A stretch of 59,253 nucleotides of DNA, counting the filler, from Candidatus Coatesbacteria bacterium (lineage in GTDB: Bacteria; JAFGND01): NCBI GenBank assembly GCA_016927185.1. It is 3 parts of 3 records of this genome, joined end to end, with 100 filler letters (N's around TTAATTAATTAA, not from the genome) between each part and the next. Parts side by side here need not be neighbours in the genome. Positions count along the whole stretch, not along the records: positions 1 to 31,293 come from JAFGND010000008.1; 2 more parts are not named here. The stretch is one strand, 5' to 3'. The translations under genes and the position numbers were made by a program. The notes below the pieces were generated by a model. That model searched no databases and was not told the origin of the DNA. It saw only the letters and a program-made list of their open reading frames with translations. Below are positions 18,130 to 28,473 of the stretch, piece by piece (the stretch's first letter is position 1; each line of letters opens with the position of its first letter).

Positions 18130-19059
18130 ATGCGAGTAGCTGTTATTGGTGTTGGCCATCTTGGCAGATATCATGTACAAAATCTAATCAACATTAGGAA
18201 AGCAGATGTTTGTGGTATTTATGATATACAGAAAGATAGAAGTCTGGCAGTTGCAGAGGAATTTGATGTAAGAGTGTTTGATGATTTGGATTCTTTGCTT
18301 GATTCTTGTGACGTAGTAAGTCTGGCAACTCCTGCAACCACTCATTATTCAATTGCAGGGCAAATACTTGAAAAAGGTAAGGATTTATTTGTTGAAAAAC
18401 CTCTTTGCTGCAGTTCTTCACAAGCGAAAGAGATAATAAACCTTGCAGAAAAGAAAGGATGCATTTTGCAGGTTGGACATATCGAAAGATATAATCCTGC
18501 AATAGTAGCTTTGAATCCCTTACTGGATAATCCGAAGTATCTGGAATTCTTCAGAATAGCTCCTTTCAATAATAGAGGCACTGATACTTCTGTTATAATG
18601 GATTTGATGATACATGACATTGACTTATTGAATTATATATTAGGTTACAGGAAACCTGAGAAAATTGTGGCACATGGTGCTTCTTTATTTTCTGAAGAAT
18701 ATGATCTAGTTAAGGCTCATTTTTCCTATATTGATGGTGTTTGGGCTGAATGCACTGCCAGTAGAGTAAGTCTGGAATCCAAGAGGAAACTCAGGATATT
18801 CCAGCAAGGTGAACTAATAGATATAGATCTTTCTGACTCTTCAGTAAGGGACATCAAAATAAAGGATTATGCCAGACAGGAGATAGAGATAGAGGATCTT
18901 AAAATAAAAAAATCGAATTACTTGCTTAATGAACTTAATGATTTTATTACAAATGTAAATAATAGAACCAAACCACTAACAGGGGGCAGTGAAGCATTGT
19001 TCGCAATTGAAATAGCTGAGGAAATAACATGTATATTAAAAAAGCAGCACAGTCATTAA
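18130..19059 (+). CDS. Gfo/Idh/MocA family oxidoreductase
   Basis: IGVGHLG, VEKP, VGHIERYNPA, DLMIHDID. Confidence 0.9.
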   Translation: MRVAVIGVGHLGRYHVQNLINIRKADVCGIYDIQKDRSLAVAEEFDVRVFDDLDSLLDSCDVVSLATPATTHYSIAGQILEKGKDLFVEKPLCCSSSQAKEIINLAEKKGCILQVGHIERYNPAIVALNPLLDNPKYLEFFRIAPFNNRGTDTSVIMDLMIHDIDLLNYILGYRKPEKIVAHGASLFSEEYDLVKAHFSYIDGVWAECTASRVSLESKRKLRIFQQGELIDIDLSDSSVRDIKIKDYARQEIEIEDLKIKKSNYLLNELNDFITNVNNRTKPLTGGSEALFAIEIAEEITCILKKQHSH

Positions 19060-19061
19060 TA

Positions 19062-20018
19062 ATGTTTCTCCAGGATGATCCTCTTGCTGACTGCAAGAAA
19101 AAAGCTGGTGGACAAGCTGTAATAGAAGGCATTATGATGAGAGGTCCATTGGGTATTGCAACAGCAGTTAGAGCTCCAGATGGCAATATCATTATTAACA
19201 AGAAAAATTATGTATCATGGACTAAAAGGTTTTTTTTCGGTAACTGGCCATTTGTGAGAGGAGGATTAATTTTAATAGAAAGCCTTCTCCTTGGTTTATT
19301 ATCTCTTGAATGGTCAGCAAGCATTGCAATGCCCGACGAAGAAAAAGCAATCTCAGAAAAGAAAAGTGAGAGAAGAAGAAAAATTGAGATGTATATAATG
19401 ATGTTCATATCTTTTGCAGTGGGTTTGGGATTGTTCTTCTTAATTCCTTTGTTTTTGACAAAACTTACTCAGAATTATTTTGTAAATACCCAATTCATGC
19501 AAGGTTCAATAATGTTCAATCTTATTGATGCAATAATAAGATTGGCATTTTTCCTGATATACATTATCGTTATTTCAAGACTGCCTGAAATTCAGCGAGT
19601 CTTTCAATATCATGGTGCAGAGCATAAGACAATATTTACTTATGAGGAAGACAAGGAACTCAAACTGGAAAACATCCGACCTAATCCAATAAGACATCCA
19701 CGTTGCGGAACAAGCTTCCTGATATTTGTCATGATAGTGTCGTTTATTGTTTTTGTTCTTATAGGAAAACCTGACACATTTTTCTTGATTGCAAGCAGAA
19801 TATTGTTGCTTCCAGTTATCGCAGGAATAAGTTATGAAATTATTCGTTTTGCTGGAAATCATATGGATAAAAAATGGGTAAGGATTTTTATTGCACCAGG
19901 TATATGGCTTCAGCATTTTACAACCAGAGAACCTGATGATAAGCAGATTGAAGTGGGAATAGAGAGTCTCAAGGCAGTCATAGATCCATCATACTATGAA
20001 AAGGTAAATAATGATTGA
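19062..20018 (+). CDS. DUF1385 (YqhQ-like) membrane metal-binding protein
   Basis: [38 protein letters not shown]; lies upstream of prfA as usual. Start uncertain (19029 or 19062). Confidence 0.9.
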   Translation: MFLQDDPLADCKKKAGGQAVIEGIMMRGPLGIATAVRAPDGNIIINKKNYVSWTKRFFFGNWPFVRGGLILIESLLLGLLSLEWSASIAMPDEEKAISEKKSERRRKIEMYIMMFISFAVGLGLFFLIPLFLTKLTQNYFVNTQFMQGSIMFNLIDAIIRLAFFLIYIIVISRLPEIQRVFQYHGAEHKTIFTYEEDKELKLENIRPNPIRHPRCGTSFLIFVMIVSFIVFVLIGKPDTFFLIASRILLLPVIAGISYEIIRFAGNHMDKKWVRIFIAPGIWLQHFTTREPDDKQIEVGIESLKAVIDPSYYEKVNND

Positions 20019-21081
20019 AGAGAAATTGTCCAAATTGGAAGCAAGATTCAATGAGATAAACATTCAACTATCAGATCCATTAATTCTCAAGGATCAGAAG
20101 CAAGTACAGGTATTATCAAAAGAGCGTTCTAGATTACATCCAATAATTGAACTTTATAAAGAATACAAGAAGAACAAGAAAGGTCTGGAAGATTCTGAGG
20201 AAATGCTCAAGGATTCGGAATTAAGAGATCTTGCAGAAGAGGAAATATCAAGAATAAAGCATAGACAGGAAGAACTTAATGAAGAAATAAAATATGCGCT
20301 ACTTCCAAAAGATCCAAATGATGACAGGAATACAATTGTGGAAATAAGAGGAGGAACAGGAGGAGCGGAAGCAAACCTGTTTGCATCAGATTTATTCAAG
20401 ATGTACAAGAAATTTGCTGAAATAAAGGGATGGAAAATCGAAGTTCTGGATCTTCATGAAACTGATCTGGGAGGTCTTAAGGAGGCAATTTTCAGCATAC
20501 AAGGGAAAGGTGCATATTCCTTACTTAAATTTGAAAGTGGCATTCACAGGGTGCAGAGGATTCCCGTAACAGAATCTTCTGGAAGAATACATACAAGTGC
20601 AGTTACTGTTGCAGTATTACCTGAGGCAGAGGAAGTTGATATTGAAATTGATCCCGAAGAACTGAGAATTGATATATTCCGTTCAACCGGTCCAGGAGGG
20701 CAAAGCGTCAATACAACTGATAGTGCTGTCAGGATAACTCATATTCCTTCAGGCATAGTAGTTTCAATTCAGGACGAAAAATCACAGCACAAGAATAAGG
20801 CAAAAGCACTTAAAATACTACGTTCACGCTTGCTTGAGCTGAAGCAGAGAGAAGCAGAAGAAGAAAGAGCATCTTCCAGACGCTCACAGGTTGGCAGGGG
20901 AGACAGATCAGAAAAAATAAGAACATACAATTTCCCGCAATCAAGAGTAACAGATCACAGGATAAATTTTTCATTATATAAACTGGATGCAGTCTTGAAT
21001 GGTGACTTGCAGGAAATTATCGATAAATTGATAATAGCTGATAGAGCAGAAAGACTTGCGATAGCAACAGAAATTAGTTGA
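20011..21081 (+). CDS. prfA: Peptide chain release factor 1
   Basis: PVT anticodon motif (QRIPVTE), GGQ motif, [12 protein letters not shown]. Confidence 0.97.
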   Translation: MIEEKLSKLEARFNEINIQLSDPLILKDQKQVQVLSKERSRLHPIIELYKEYKKNKKGLEDSEEMLKDSELRDLAEEEISRIKHRQEELNEEIKYALLPKDPNDDRNTIVEIRGGTGGAEANLFASDLFKMYKKFAEIKGWKIEVLDLHETDLGGLKEAIFSIQGKGAYSLLKFESGIHRVQRIPVTESSGRIHTSAVTVAVLPEAEEVDIEIDPEELRIDIFRSTGPGGQSVNTTDSAVRITHIPSGIVVSIQDEKSQHKNKAKALKILRSRLLELKQREAEEERASSRRSQVGRGDRSEKIRTYNFPQSRVTDHRINFSLYKLDAVLNGDLQEIIDKLIIADRAERLAIATEIS

Positions 21082-21106
21082 AAGAGGGATTTCACTCCCT
21101 CTTTTT
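21081..21106. terminator. Bidirectional terminator between convergent prfA and beta-propeller gene
   Basis: AAAGAGGGA-TTTCAC-TCCCTCTTT hairpin. Confidence 0.75.
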
Positions 21107-22377
21107 CAGTCAATTTTGATTATTTTTCTGATATCATCTTTGGTCTTGATTAGATATATACCGCTCTTCCATGTATTTGTATTTATTTCTGTCTCTCCCT
21201 TATCAAGATTCAATACCAGTTTTCCTTCAAGTGTATAAATTGCACCAGTTGAAGGAAGCGATATTTTTACTTGATTAGAGAAAGGATTTGGATAAGCTTC
21301 TATGGATCTTTTTGGAAGGTTTCTTGATGATTGTTCTTGATTGAAACCCTGATATCCATAAGTTTCTATTGCATATAAATAGTAATCATCACTACCTATA
21401 TATACAACTCCTCCAGAGACGGTTGCTGAGGAATAAATGTAATTATCTGTCTTGTAAGTCCAATCCAGTGATCCGCTATTGCTGTCCACAACATAAAGGA
21501 AGCCATCAAAGCTGCCAACATAAACCTTATCATTACTTACAAAAGGTGATGAAACTAAGTAATTTGCTGTTTGATACTTCCATTTGTGTGTACCATCTGA
21601 CTCATTAAGTTTGTAAAGGTAGTGATCATGACTCCCTACATACAGGAAACCTCCTGTAGAGAATGGTGATGAATGAACTTGACCACCTGTTTGATATTTC
21701 CAGAAGGAAGAACCACTTGAATTATTAACTGCATGAATATAGTAATCATAGCTGCCGACATAAATAATTCCATTCTTATAATAAGGTGTAGATCTTACAG
21801 CAGCTCCTGTCTGGTATTTCCATCTCAATGATCCATCTGAAATATTCAAAGCATATAGATAATGATCATCACATCCAACATATACTAATCCACTATATAC
21901 TGTTGGTGATGATCTAACTGCATCTGAAGTGAGATATTTCCATTTTAGCGTTGAATCCAGGTTTATTGCATAAACATATCCATCATTGCTGCCTATATAC
22001 AGAACATTCTGATCTATCGCAGGTGATGAATAAATCTGATTTCCTGTTTTGTATCTCCATGAGACATTACCGCTGGAAAGATTTATTGAATAAATGTAAG
22101 AATCAAATCCTCCTATATAAACAGATTCGTTCAGTATACAAGGTGAAGCTTCAACGTAGTTTCCTGTAAGGAATTTCCACTTCAATGAACCATCTTCAGT
22201 ATTGAGTGCATATACATAATGATCATCACTGCCGAAATATACAACATTGTTGTTGACTTTGGGAGTTGATCTGATATACCCTTCAGTTTTATATCTCCAG
22301 ACAAGATCTCCTGGTGTTGAAAAAACAGTAGTGGAAAATAACATAATCAGGATGAGAAAACTAAACAAAAACTTCAT
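21106..22377 (-). CDS. Secreted 8-blade PQQ/BamB-like beta-propeller protein with T9SS type A-like C-terminal sorting domain
   Basis: Signal peptide; eight ~40-aa repeats W.Y.T...V.SSP....VYVGS.D.YLYA; tail AYPNPFS...W.SGIYLIK......K.IK. Confidence 0.88.
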   Translation of the reverse strand: MKFLFSFLILIMLFSTTVFSTPGDLVWRYKTEGYIRSTPKVNNNVVYFGSDDHYVYALNTEDGSLKWKFLTGNYVEASPCILNESVYIGGFDSYIYSINLSSGNVSWRYKTGNQIYSSPAIDQNVLYIGSNDGYVYAINLDSTLKWKYLTSDAVRSSPTVYSGLVYVGCDDHYLYALNISDGSLRWKYQTGAAVRSTPYYKNGIIYVGSYDYYIHAVNNSSGSSFWKYQTGGQVHSSPFSTGGFLYVGSHDHYLYKLNESDGTHKWKYQTANYLVSSPFVSNDKVYVGSFDGFLYVVDSNSGSLDWTYKTDNYIYSSATVSGGVVYIGSDDYYLYAIETYGYQGFNQEQSSRNLPKRSIEAYPNPFSNQVKISLPSTGAIYTLEGKLVLNLDKGETEINTNTWKSGIYLIKTKDDIRKIIKID

Positions 22378-22464
22378 ATTTACTCCTTTCAGTTAATAAT
22401 CTATGATTTGAAATATTTCTGTCATAAGAAAAGTCAAGCTTAAATTTTGAAAGTGAGTAATTGA

Positions 22465-22492
22465 AAGAGCTCGCTTTTTTTAGCGCGCTCTT
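22465..22492 (-). terminator. Probable terminator of the PAP2-pspA unit
   Basis: AAGAGCTCGCT...AGCGCGCTCTT 11-bp stem with one mismatch, just past the pspA-like stop. Confidence 0.55.
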
Positions 22493-22500
22493 ATTAATTC

Positions 22501-23256
22501 CTATCCTAAATCTCTTTTTTCTTCAGCTTCTTTTATTTCAGCTGCTTTTTCTTGCCTTTGTTTCAATAGCTCTTCGAATTTCGTGGAAGCGATTTTCTCT
22601 TTGCCCATTTGAGCATATTCCCTGTCTTGTATTTCTACATTTGTATGACCCAGTTCGGATGCGATTTTTGCTTTTGCCTTCATTTTTGCTATTTTTTCTC
22701 TTATTGCAACTATAGCTTCATCTTCAACACTCTGCCCTAATCCCTGCAAGCGATTTTCAAGCTGTACGATTTGTTGACTGGATATAAAATCAGCGACGCT
22801 TTCACCCATTTCTCTTTCAAGATTCTTGATTTCCTCCTGGAAACGGGTCAGTTTTAATTTGTATTCTTCCACTTTTGATGTCTGGACTTCAAGATCCTTA
22901 TTCAACTGATCCTGGCGAAGATTAATTTCATCCAGTCTCTTTATATATCTTTCTCCAGCTTGTTTATGCTTTATGTTTTCAGGATCTTTTTCAGCTGCTA
23001 CCAAAGCACCTTCCAGATTCTGTTTCAGCTGAATTTCCTCTCCATCTATCTTTTGAAGCTCAGCAATTGTTCTCTCTCTCTGAGCTGCAAGCTGTGCAAC
23101 AGCATCAAACATGATTTGATATTCATTTTTTGCTTTATGGATCGCAGCACGATAAGTTGCCTTGACTGCACTTGGGCTTCCAGATACAACATCATCCCCA
23201 GCTTCGAGAAATATACCAGTTATTCTTATCCATAGTTTCTTCAGGAAATCAAACAT
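22501..23256 (-). CDS. PspA/IM30 (bacterial ESCRT-III superfamily)-like coiled-coil protein
   Basis: N-terminal amphipathic helix (MFDFLKKLWIRITG), a P..v....Y..AI segment, long coiled coils and a C-terminal .FEELLKQR helix; 251 aa. Confidence 0.7.
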   Translation of the reverse strand: MFDFLKKLWIRITGIFLEAGDDVVSGSPSAVKATYRAAIHKAKNEYQIMFDAVAQLAAQRERTIAELQKIDGEEIQLKQNLEGALVAAEKDPENIKHKQAGERYIKRLDEINLRQDQLNKDLEVQTSKVEEYKLKLTRFQEEIKNLEREMGESVADFISSQQIVQLENRLQGLGQSVEDEAIVAIREKIAKMKAKAKIASELGHTNVEIQDREYAQMGKEKIASTKFEELLKQRQEKAAEIKEAEEKRDLG

Positions 23257-23830
23257 TTTTGTCCTCCTTGAACTCTTTATTGCCTATATCTATATATTTA
23301 TATATTAGGTCAAGCAACTCTTTGAATAAAAAAGCGATTATCAATCCCCACAATATTCCAGAGATAACATCTAGCGGATAGTGCTTTCCTAGATATATTC
23401 TTGAATATGATATTATCAAGGGAAAAGGTAATAAATATATTATTCTGGTTGATAATAATAAAGCCATGATGGTAAAGCATGCTGTGCTATTTGCAGCATG
23501 ATTGGATGGAAATCCAAACCAACCACCAGATCCTTCAGGAAGCCTTGGTTTATTGCTAATTGTATATGCAGGTCTGGGTTTGCTTATCACGGGCTTCCAT
23601 AAATAAGTGCATGTAAGATCCGAAGCAGATACTGTTAATAAAATCATTAATGGCAGGATTATTATATTTTTCCTGTTTTTCTTATAAGATTTGATTAAAA
23701 AGAAGGCAATAACTGGAATGAAAATCAGGGGATTGCTTAACAATATAAAAACATGATCCAGAAACTTTGAAGACAGGCTTTTGTTAATCAAAACAAACAG
23801 GGATTTATCAACAGAGATTATTAATTCCAT
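23249..23830 (-). CDS. PAP2 family phosphatase (undecaprenyl-PP/lipid phosphatase-like)
   Basis: K....PRP, FPSNHA, SRIYLGKHYPLDV. Start ATG 23830 (MELIIS) inferred. Confidence 0.9.
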   Translation of the reverse strand: MELIISVDKSLFVLINKSLSSKFLDHVFILLSNPLIFIPVIAFFLIKSYKKNRKNIIILPLMILLTVSASDLTCTYLWKPVISKPRPAYTISNKPRLPEGSGGWFGFPSNHAANSTACFTIMALLLSTRIIYLLPFPLIISYSRIYLGKHYPLDVISGILWGLIIAFLFKELLDLIYKYIDIGNKEFKEDKNV

Positions 23831-23910
23831 TTTTTTGTTTATGCACTTTTTCTTTGTCAAGTAAATATAGAATAACAAACTTGTCCATATTGAAATAAAA
23901 GAAAGGGCTA

Positions 23911-24873
23911 ATGAGTTTACCTTTTATCATTGATGGTCATACGGACATCTTATTGAGAATTGATGTGGAAAAACAAACCAATCTCCAATCTCATCCAGAC
24001 GATTCAATTAAAGGTGGAGTTGGAATGCAGATTACAGCGATATTCACACCTGATGAATACCTGGAAAACGCTTATGATTTTGCTATTAATATACTGGATA
24101 ACCTTTTCTTAATGGTCAAAACTAATCATCCAAAATACTGGATTTACCAAGGTAACAATGATATAAAGAAAATAGAGCAGGAATATAAACAAAGGTTCAA
24201 GGCAAATTATGAGAAGAAGATAGGTTTTCTTGTATCTCTTGAAGGAGCAGAACCATTAGGAGATGATCCTTTCAAGATAGAGGAATTCCATAAGTTAGGT
24301 ATAAGACTGGTTACTATTGCCTGGTCAAGACCAAATGCATTTGGGTGCGGAGTTGGTCCTGCAAATAACCACAAGGGATTGACGTCAAAGGGAAAGCAGC
24401 TTATCAAATTAATGAACAAACTGGGCATTATTATTGATGTGAGCCATCTTAACAGGGAAGGAATCCTGGATACTCTAGAAATATCTGATAAACCTGTTAT
24501 AGCTACACATAGTAATGTATATTCAATTTGTGATAATGCAAGAAACCTTACAGATGATTTAATAAGACTTATTGCAGAAAAGGGAGGTTTTCTTGGAATG
24601 TGCTTTAATCAACCTTTTCTTGTAAAAACTAAACCTGCAAGGATTGAAGATCTTGAGAAACATATAAGATACATGCTGGATAATTTCAGCTCTGATAGTA
24701 TAGCATGGGGAAGTGATTTTGACGGAATAACAGGCTGGCTTTTAGAGATAGAGAATTCTTCAGAAAGGAGAATAATAACTGATTATTTATCAGATAACAT
24801 GCGATTGCCATCTGACATAATTGATAAGATCAATTATAAAAACTGGTTAAGAATTCTTTCCAGGTGCACCTAA
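23911..24873 (+). CDS. Membrane dipeptidase (peptidase M19)
   Basis: IDGHTD, SLEGA, IDVSHL, ATHSN, RNLTD, GSDFDG. Confidence 0.92.
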   Translation: MSLPFIIDGHTDILLRIDVEKQTNLQSHPDDSIKGGVGMQITAIFTPDEYLENAYDFAINILDNLFLMVKTNHPKYWIYQGNNDIKKIEQEYKQRFKANYEKKIGFLVSLEGAEPLGDDPFKIEEFHKLGIRLVTIAWSRPNAFGCGVGPANNHKGLTSKGKQLIKLMNKLGIIIDVSHLNREGILDTLEISDKPVIATHSNVYSICDNARNLTDDLIRLIAEKGGFLGMCFNQPFLVKTKPARIEDLEKHIRYMLDNFSSDSIAWGSDFDGITGWLLEIENSSERRIITDYLSDNMRLPSDIIDKINYKNWLRILSRCT

Positions 24874-27198
24874 TCACTTAGTCCATATCCATGAAACTGG
24901 ATTTAGCAATCCCAATACTCTTCTCCATAAAGGGACATTGCTTTTTACCCATATATTGATACTATTTTTCAGCTTTTTACATTGATAAGCTTGAAATTCC
25001 TTCCTTGATCTCAGGGGATTTCCAAGTTTGTTGAAAACCTGCAATTTTGTAATCTCAATGAATTCAATGAGACCTATCCTTTCAGCGAATGCAGTTCTGG
25101 TTTCTCCATAATTTCTCACAAAACCTGCTTCTCCCAGTTTATCAAGAGAAGCTCTGTATGAAAGTGCAAGTCTGGATTTCTGGGAATATGAAGGTATCAT
25201 CCTGCGGTAGATCTTGACTGAATACAGCAAAAAAACGGTAATAATAAGAAATAATCCGACAATACTGATAACAGAATGCAAAAGATCAGATATGTTTATA
25301 TCAGGGAGCTGTTGCTTTTTAATTTCCTGATTTGCCTTCTTTTCCATTTCCTGATCCCCTCTAGCCATTTCTCCCATTATTCTCTGCAAATCTTGATCTG
25401 GGGCTTGCAGTTGGTCTTCATCTCTTTTCTCAGGAGATATATCAAAAACAAGCCATCCATAACCCTCTAGATATATTTCAGGCCAGGCATGAGCATTACC
25501 AGATCTTATCAGGATGGAACTTCCTCTTCCGCGATGTTTCTCTGGAACTGTATAACCAGCTCCTACTCTTGACGGTATGTTCTTTGTTCTGAGAAGCATT
25601 ACAAGTGCATGTGCGAAATGAACACAGTATCCTGTCTTGTCACCGAAGAGAAAATGTGCTGTTGGATCTTCATAATCTGCATGAACATTTTTTCTGGAAT
25701 ATGTACCGTTTTTTTCAAGATAGTTTATGAAAATAAGGGAAAGAGCGACTGGATCGTTTCTCCATTCAGGTTTGAGCAGCATTGAAAGAGAGTCAGCAAG
25801 ATGCTTATACCTTATATCATCTGAAGCTAGTGTATAATGTGAAAAGGTCTGCTTGTTCCATTTTGAAGAACCAGCCTTTAATCCAAGAAAATTATTATAA
25901 TTACCATTAAAGGATATACTATTAACTTTGTATGCTCTTGTAAACATCTGTGTATTGGGATTTGTTGTGGAATTATAGATAATACCAGTTGTCAGCCCAA
26001 AAGGTTGTGTATGATCCGCTATCAAAGCTACTGTTGTTTCAACTCTCTTGAAATCCTTCATCTCAAAGTGAAGCGTGTCTATCGGGACTTTTTTTTCAGT
26101 TGAGGGGAAAAAATCAATCAAATCGTTATCTACCGAACCTTCAACAGCTTTGACAAGTTTCCTTCCATTCCAGAGGCTGAATGCAGTTTGTCTGAAGTAA
26201 AACATCTTTGATGGAGGAGTGTATGGATCGTGAAGAATTACTACTGCAACAGGTGCATTTGAAGGTTCGGGGTATTCATTCTTCATTTCAAGCTCGTCCA
26301 TTGAGTTCCTTGATTGCGAATTAGAACCGCCACCTGAAGAGCTTCCTCCATTTTGCTTGTCCTGATCATCTGACTTTCCTGATGACCCTTGTCCCTTTCC
26401 TCTTTGTTGCGATTTTCCTTCCTTTCCCTTTTTTTCCTCATCTTTCTTGCTTTTCTCCTCTTTTCCCTTGCCAGTCAGTCCCAGGCTTGAACGAATGAAG
26501 TGCAGGGGAGTACCTACTTTGCTTATGATGAACAACAGCATCAAAGCAATTACTATAATGATTGTGAAATTCAACCATGGGTGAGGAATTCTTTTTCTTG
26601 AAGTAAGAAGAATAACTAGTGATATTCCAAAAATGCTGCCTAGTATCAGGAAAACAATCAATGGAGAATAGCCTTGCATGAATGCCCAATCTATAAGCTC
26701 CAGTGGTCTATCAAGATTGCCGTCCCTATGATCTGCTATCAAGGCTGTCAGAATAGACGCTGCAATACCTACTTCCAGCAACATGAAAACAGATTTTCTG
26801 ACTGAAAGAGACCTTAGTAATGTTATTGAAAAGAATGGTACTGCAAGCCAGAAAATTAAATCAGAGAACCAGTGCAGGGAATATGCATCAAATGAACTGG
26901 CAAGCAAGAGTGAAGATTTAGCGAAATTGGAAACAAACAAGGTAACTAGCAATAAAAGTACTGCCATTACTGCCATCAGATAGCTGCGAATTTTAGTATG
27001 GGCAAGATACCATCCGCTTATTATTCCAATCCATGAGCTTAGAACAGCAAAAATTGTAATGCTTGCATAGGTTAGCTGTACTGATGCAGAAGCAATAACG
27101 GCTCCCCAGACAAAAAGACTCAGAACAGACAGTAGTATGCCAGGCATTTTTCCATATTTGACACTTGGCACCTGTGAAACAAGTCTTTCTTTTTTCAT
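24874..27198 (-). CDS. Multi-pass membrane protein with transglutaminase-like domain
   Basis: About 7 N-terminal TM helices, a K/G/S-rich linker, catalytic triad motifs GYCVHFA, AHAWPEI and FDISP, then a further TM helix. Confidence 0.88.
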   Translation of the reverse strand: MKKERLVSQVPSVKYGKMPGILLSVLSLFVWGAVIASASVQLTYASITIFAVLSSWIGIISGWYLAHTKIRSYLMAVMAVLLLLVTLFVSNFAKSSLLLASSFDAYSLHWFSDLIFWLAVPFFSITLLRSLSVRKSVFMLLEVGIAASILTALIADHRDGNLDRPLELIDWAFMQGYSPLIVFLILGSIFGISLVILLTSRKRIPHPWLNFTIIIVIALMLLFIISKVGTPLHFIRSSLGLTGKGKEEKSKKDEEKKGKEGKSQQRGKGQGSSGKSDDQDKQNGGSSSGGGSNSQSRNSMDELEMKNEYPEPSNAPVAVVILHDPYTPPSKMFYFRQTAFSLWNGRKLVKAVEGSVDNDLIDFFPSTEKKVPIDTLHFEMKDFKRVETTVALIADHTQPFGLTTGIIYNSTTNPNTQMFTRAYKVNSISFNGNYNNFLGLKAGSSKWNKQTFSHYTLASDDIRYKHLADSLSMLLKPEWRNDPVALSLIFINYLEKNGTYSRKNVHADYEDPTAHFLFGDKTGYCVHFAHALVMLLRTKNIPSRVGAGYTVPEKHRGRGSSILIRSGNAHAWPEIYLEGYGWLVFDISPEKRDEDQLQAPDQDLQRIMGEMARGDQEMEKKANQEIKKQQLPDINISDLLHSVISIVGLFLIITVFLLYSVKIYRRMIPSYSQKSRLALSYRASLDKLGEAGFVRNYGETRTAFAERIGLIEFIEITKLQVFNKLGNPLRSRKEFQAYQCKKLKNSINIWVKSNVPLWRRVLGLLNPVSWIWTK

Positions 27199-28460
27199 GT
27201 CCTGGTGATTTTTCCTGTTTGTCTGTTGATAACATTAACCTTTCTTGTAAATTTATTCAACCTGTTCAGAATAGATAAATAGTCATTCTGGCTGAGTTCA
27301 TTCTCTCTGTTGTTGAATATGAATTTCATCCACCAATCAAAAGGTGTTTTTCTGACTTCATTATCCAGAACCATTACAATGGAGACATCAAGGAAAGGAT
27401 CGTTCTTGAGAAGTTCTATTTTTGTCTCCCATTTCCCTTTCCTGCATGGAACAAAAAGCAGCAAATTATGATTACCATGACTTCTTGAAACTTTGAGATA
27501 TGTCTTAAAAAAGCTTATTTCATCATCAATAGGGAAATTACCGCTTTCAGCTATTATATTCAGTGCCTTGTCTACATTATCAGTATAATCAAAAGTTCCA
27601 TCAGCTCCAAATAACCAGTCTTTTCCTAGTAATCCTGATTCTATGACAAATCTGGCAAAACCGGCAGATGCTTCGTCACCTTCTCCATTAAAGAGGAATG
27701 CAGACGTTTTGGGAGCTGAAGCAATTGCTCTTTCAGGTATCCTGACCATAAGCTTTCTGGAATGTGCATATACTTTCCATAGTATCCTTCTTGGGGAATC
27801 TCCTGGAACATATCTTCTCATATCTACCAGATCACCAATCGGTTCTCCCTTGGGGTGAGAAATATCTTCACCTTTTACAAGTGTAGGCAGAACTGTGAAT
27901 GTTGAGAGTTTACCTTTGTTAGGTAGTATTGTAATATTTGTATTGTAAGTGCTTGACCATCTTATTTCTGACAATCCCAGTACATCCGAAAGGACATATT
28001 TCCTCTTGATTACCTGAAAAAGACCTCTTCTGTGAGCAACTATTTCTTCATCCCTGTAAGCACCTTTCCCAGTGTAATTTACGTCAATGAAATCCGGATA
28101 TTCCCAGTAGATTTTCAAAGTAATCAAGGGCCAGTATCTCAACGCAGGAATCTTGTATCCGGTTCTTGAAAGTGCTTCAGTTTCAAAGAATTGAAGGCTT
28201 TCCATGAATTTTCTTCTCATCCTGAATCTTATGATTGCATAACTAACTAAAGTCCATAGAGTTAGCGAAAGAATTAAAGCCCATGATAATAATGTCATGA
28301 CAAAATAAGCAAGGTCAAAGTGTTTCAAGGCAAAATACCAGAAAGCAAATGATGTAAGTGAAATAAGCATTATTCCGAATGAAGTGAATGGGAACTTGTC
28401 AGTTATTTTCCTGTAAATATCTTTGAGCTTTGATATGGCGGACTTTATTTTGTTTTTCAT
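27195..28460 (-). CDS. DUF58 domain protein
   Basis: Two N-terminal TM helices; RRG.F, D.LGL, DMRRYVPGDSPRRILWKVYAHS.KLMVR. Confidence 0.88.
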   Translation of the reverse strand: MKNKIKSAISKLKDIYRKITDKFPFTSFGIMLISLTSFAFWYFALKHFDLAYFVMTLLSWALILSLTLWTLVSYAIIRFRMRRKFMESLQFFETEALSRTGYKIPALRYWPLITLKIYWEYPDFIDVNYTGKGAYRDEEIVAHRRGLFQVIKRKYVLSDVLGLSEIRWSSTYNTNITILPNKGKLSTFTVLPTLVKGEDISHPKGEPIGDLVDMRRYVPGDSPRRILWKVYAHSRKLMVRIPERAIASAPKTSAFLFNGEGDEASAGFARFVIESGLLGKDWLFGADGTFDYTDNVDKALNIIAESGNFPIDDEISFFKTYLKVSRSHGNHNLLLFVPCRKGKWETKIELLKNDPFLDVSIVMVLDNEVRKTPFDWWMKFIFNNRENELSQNDYLSILNRLNKFTRKVNVINRQTGKITRT

Positions 28461-28473
28461 GGATTTTGGGAAA

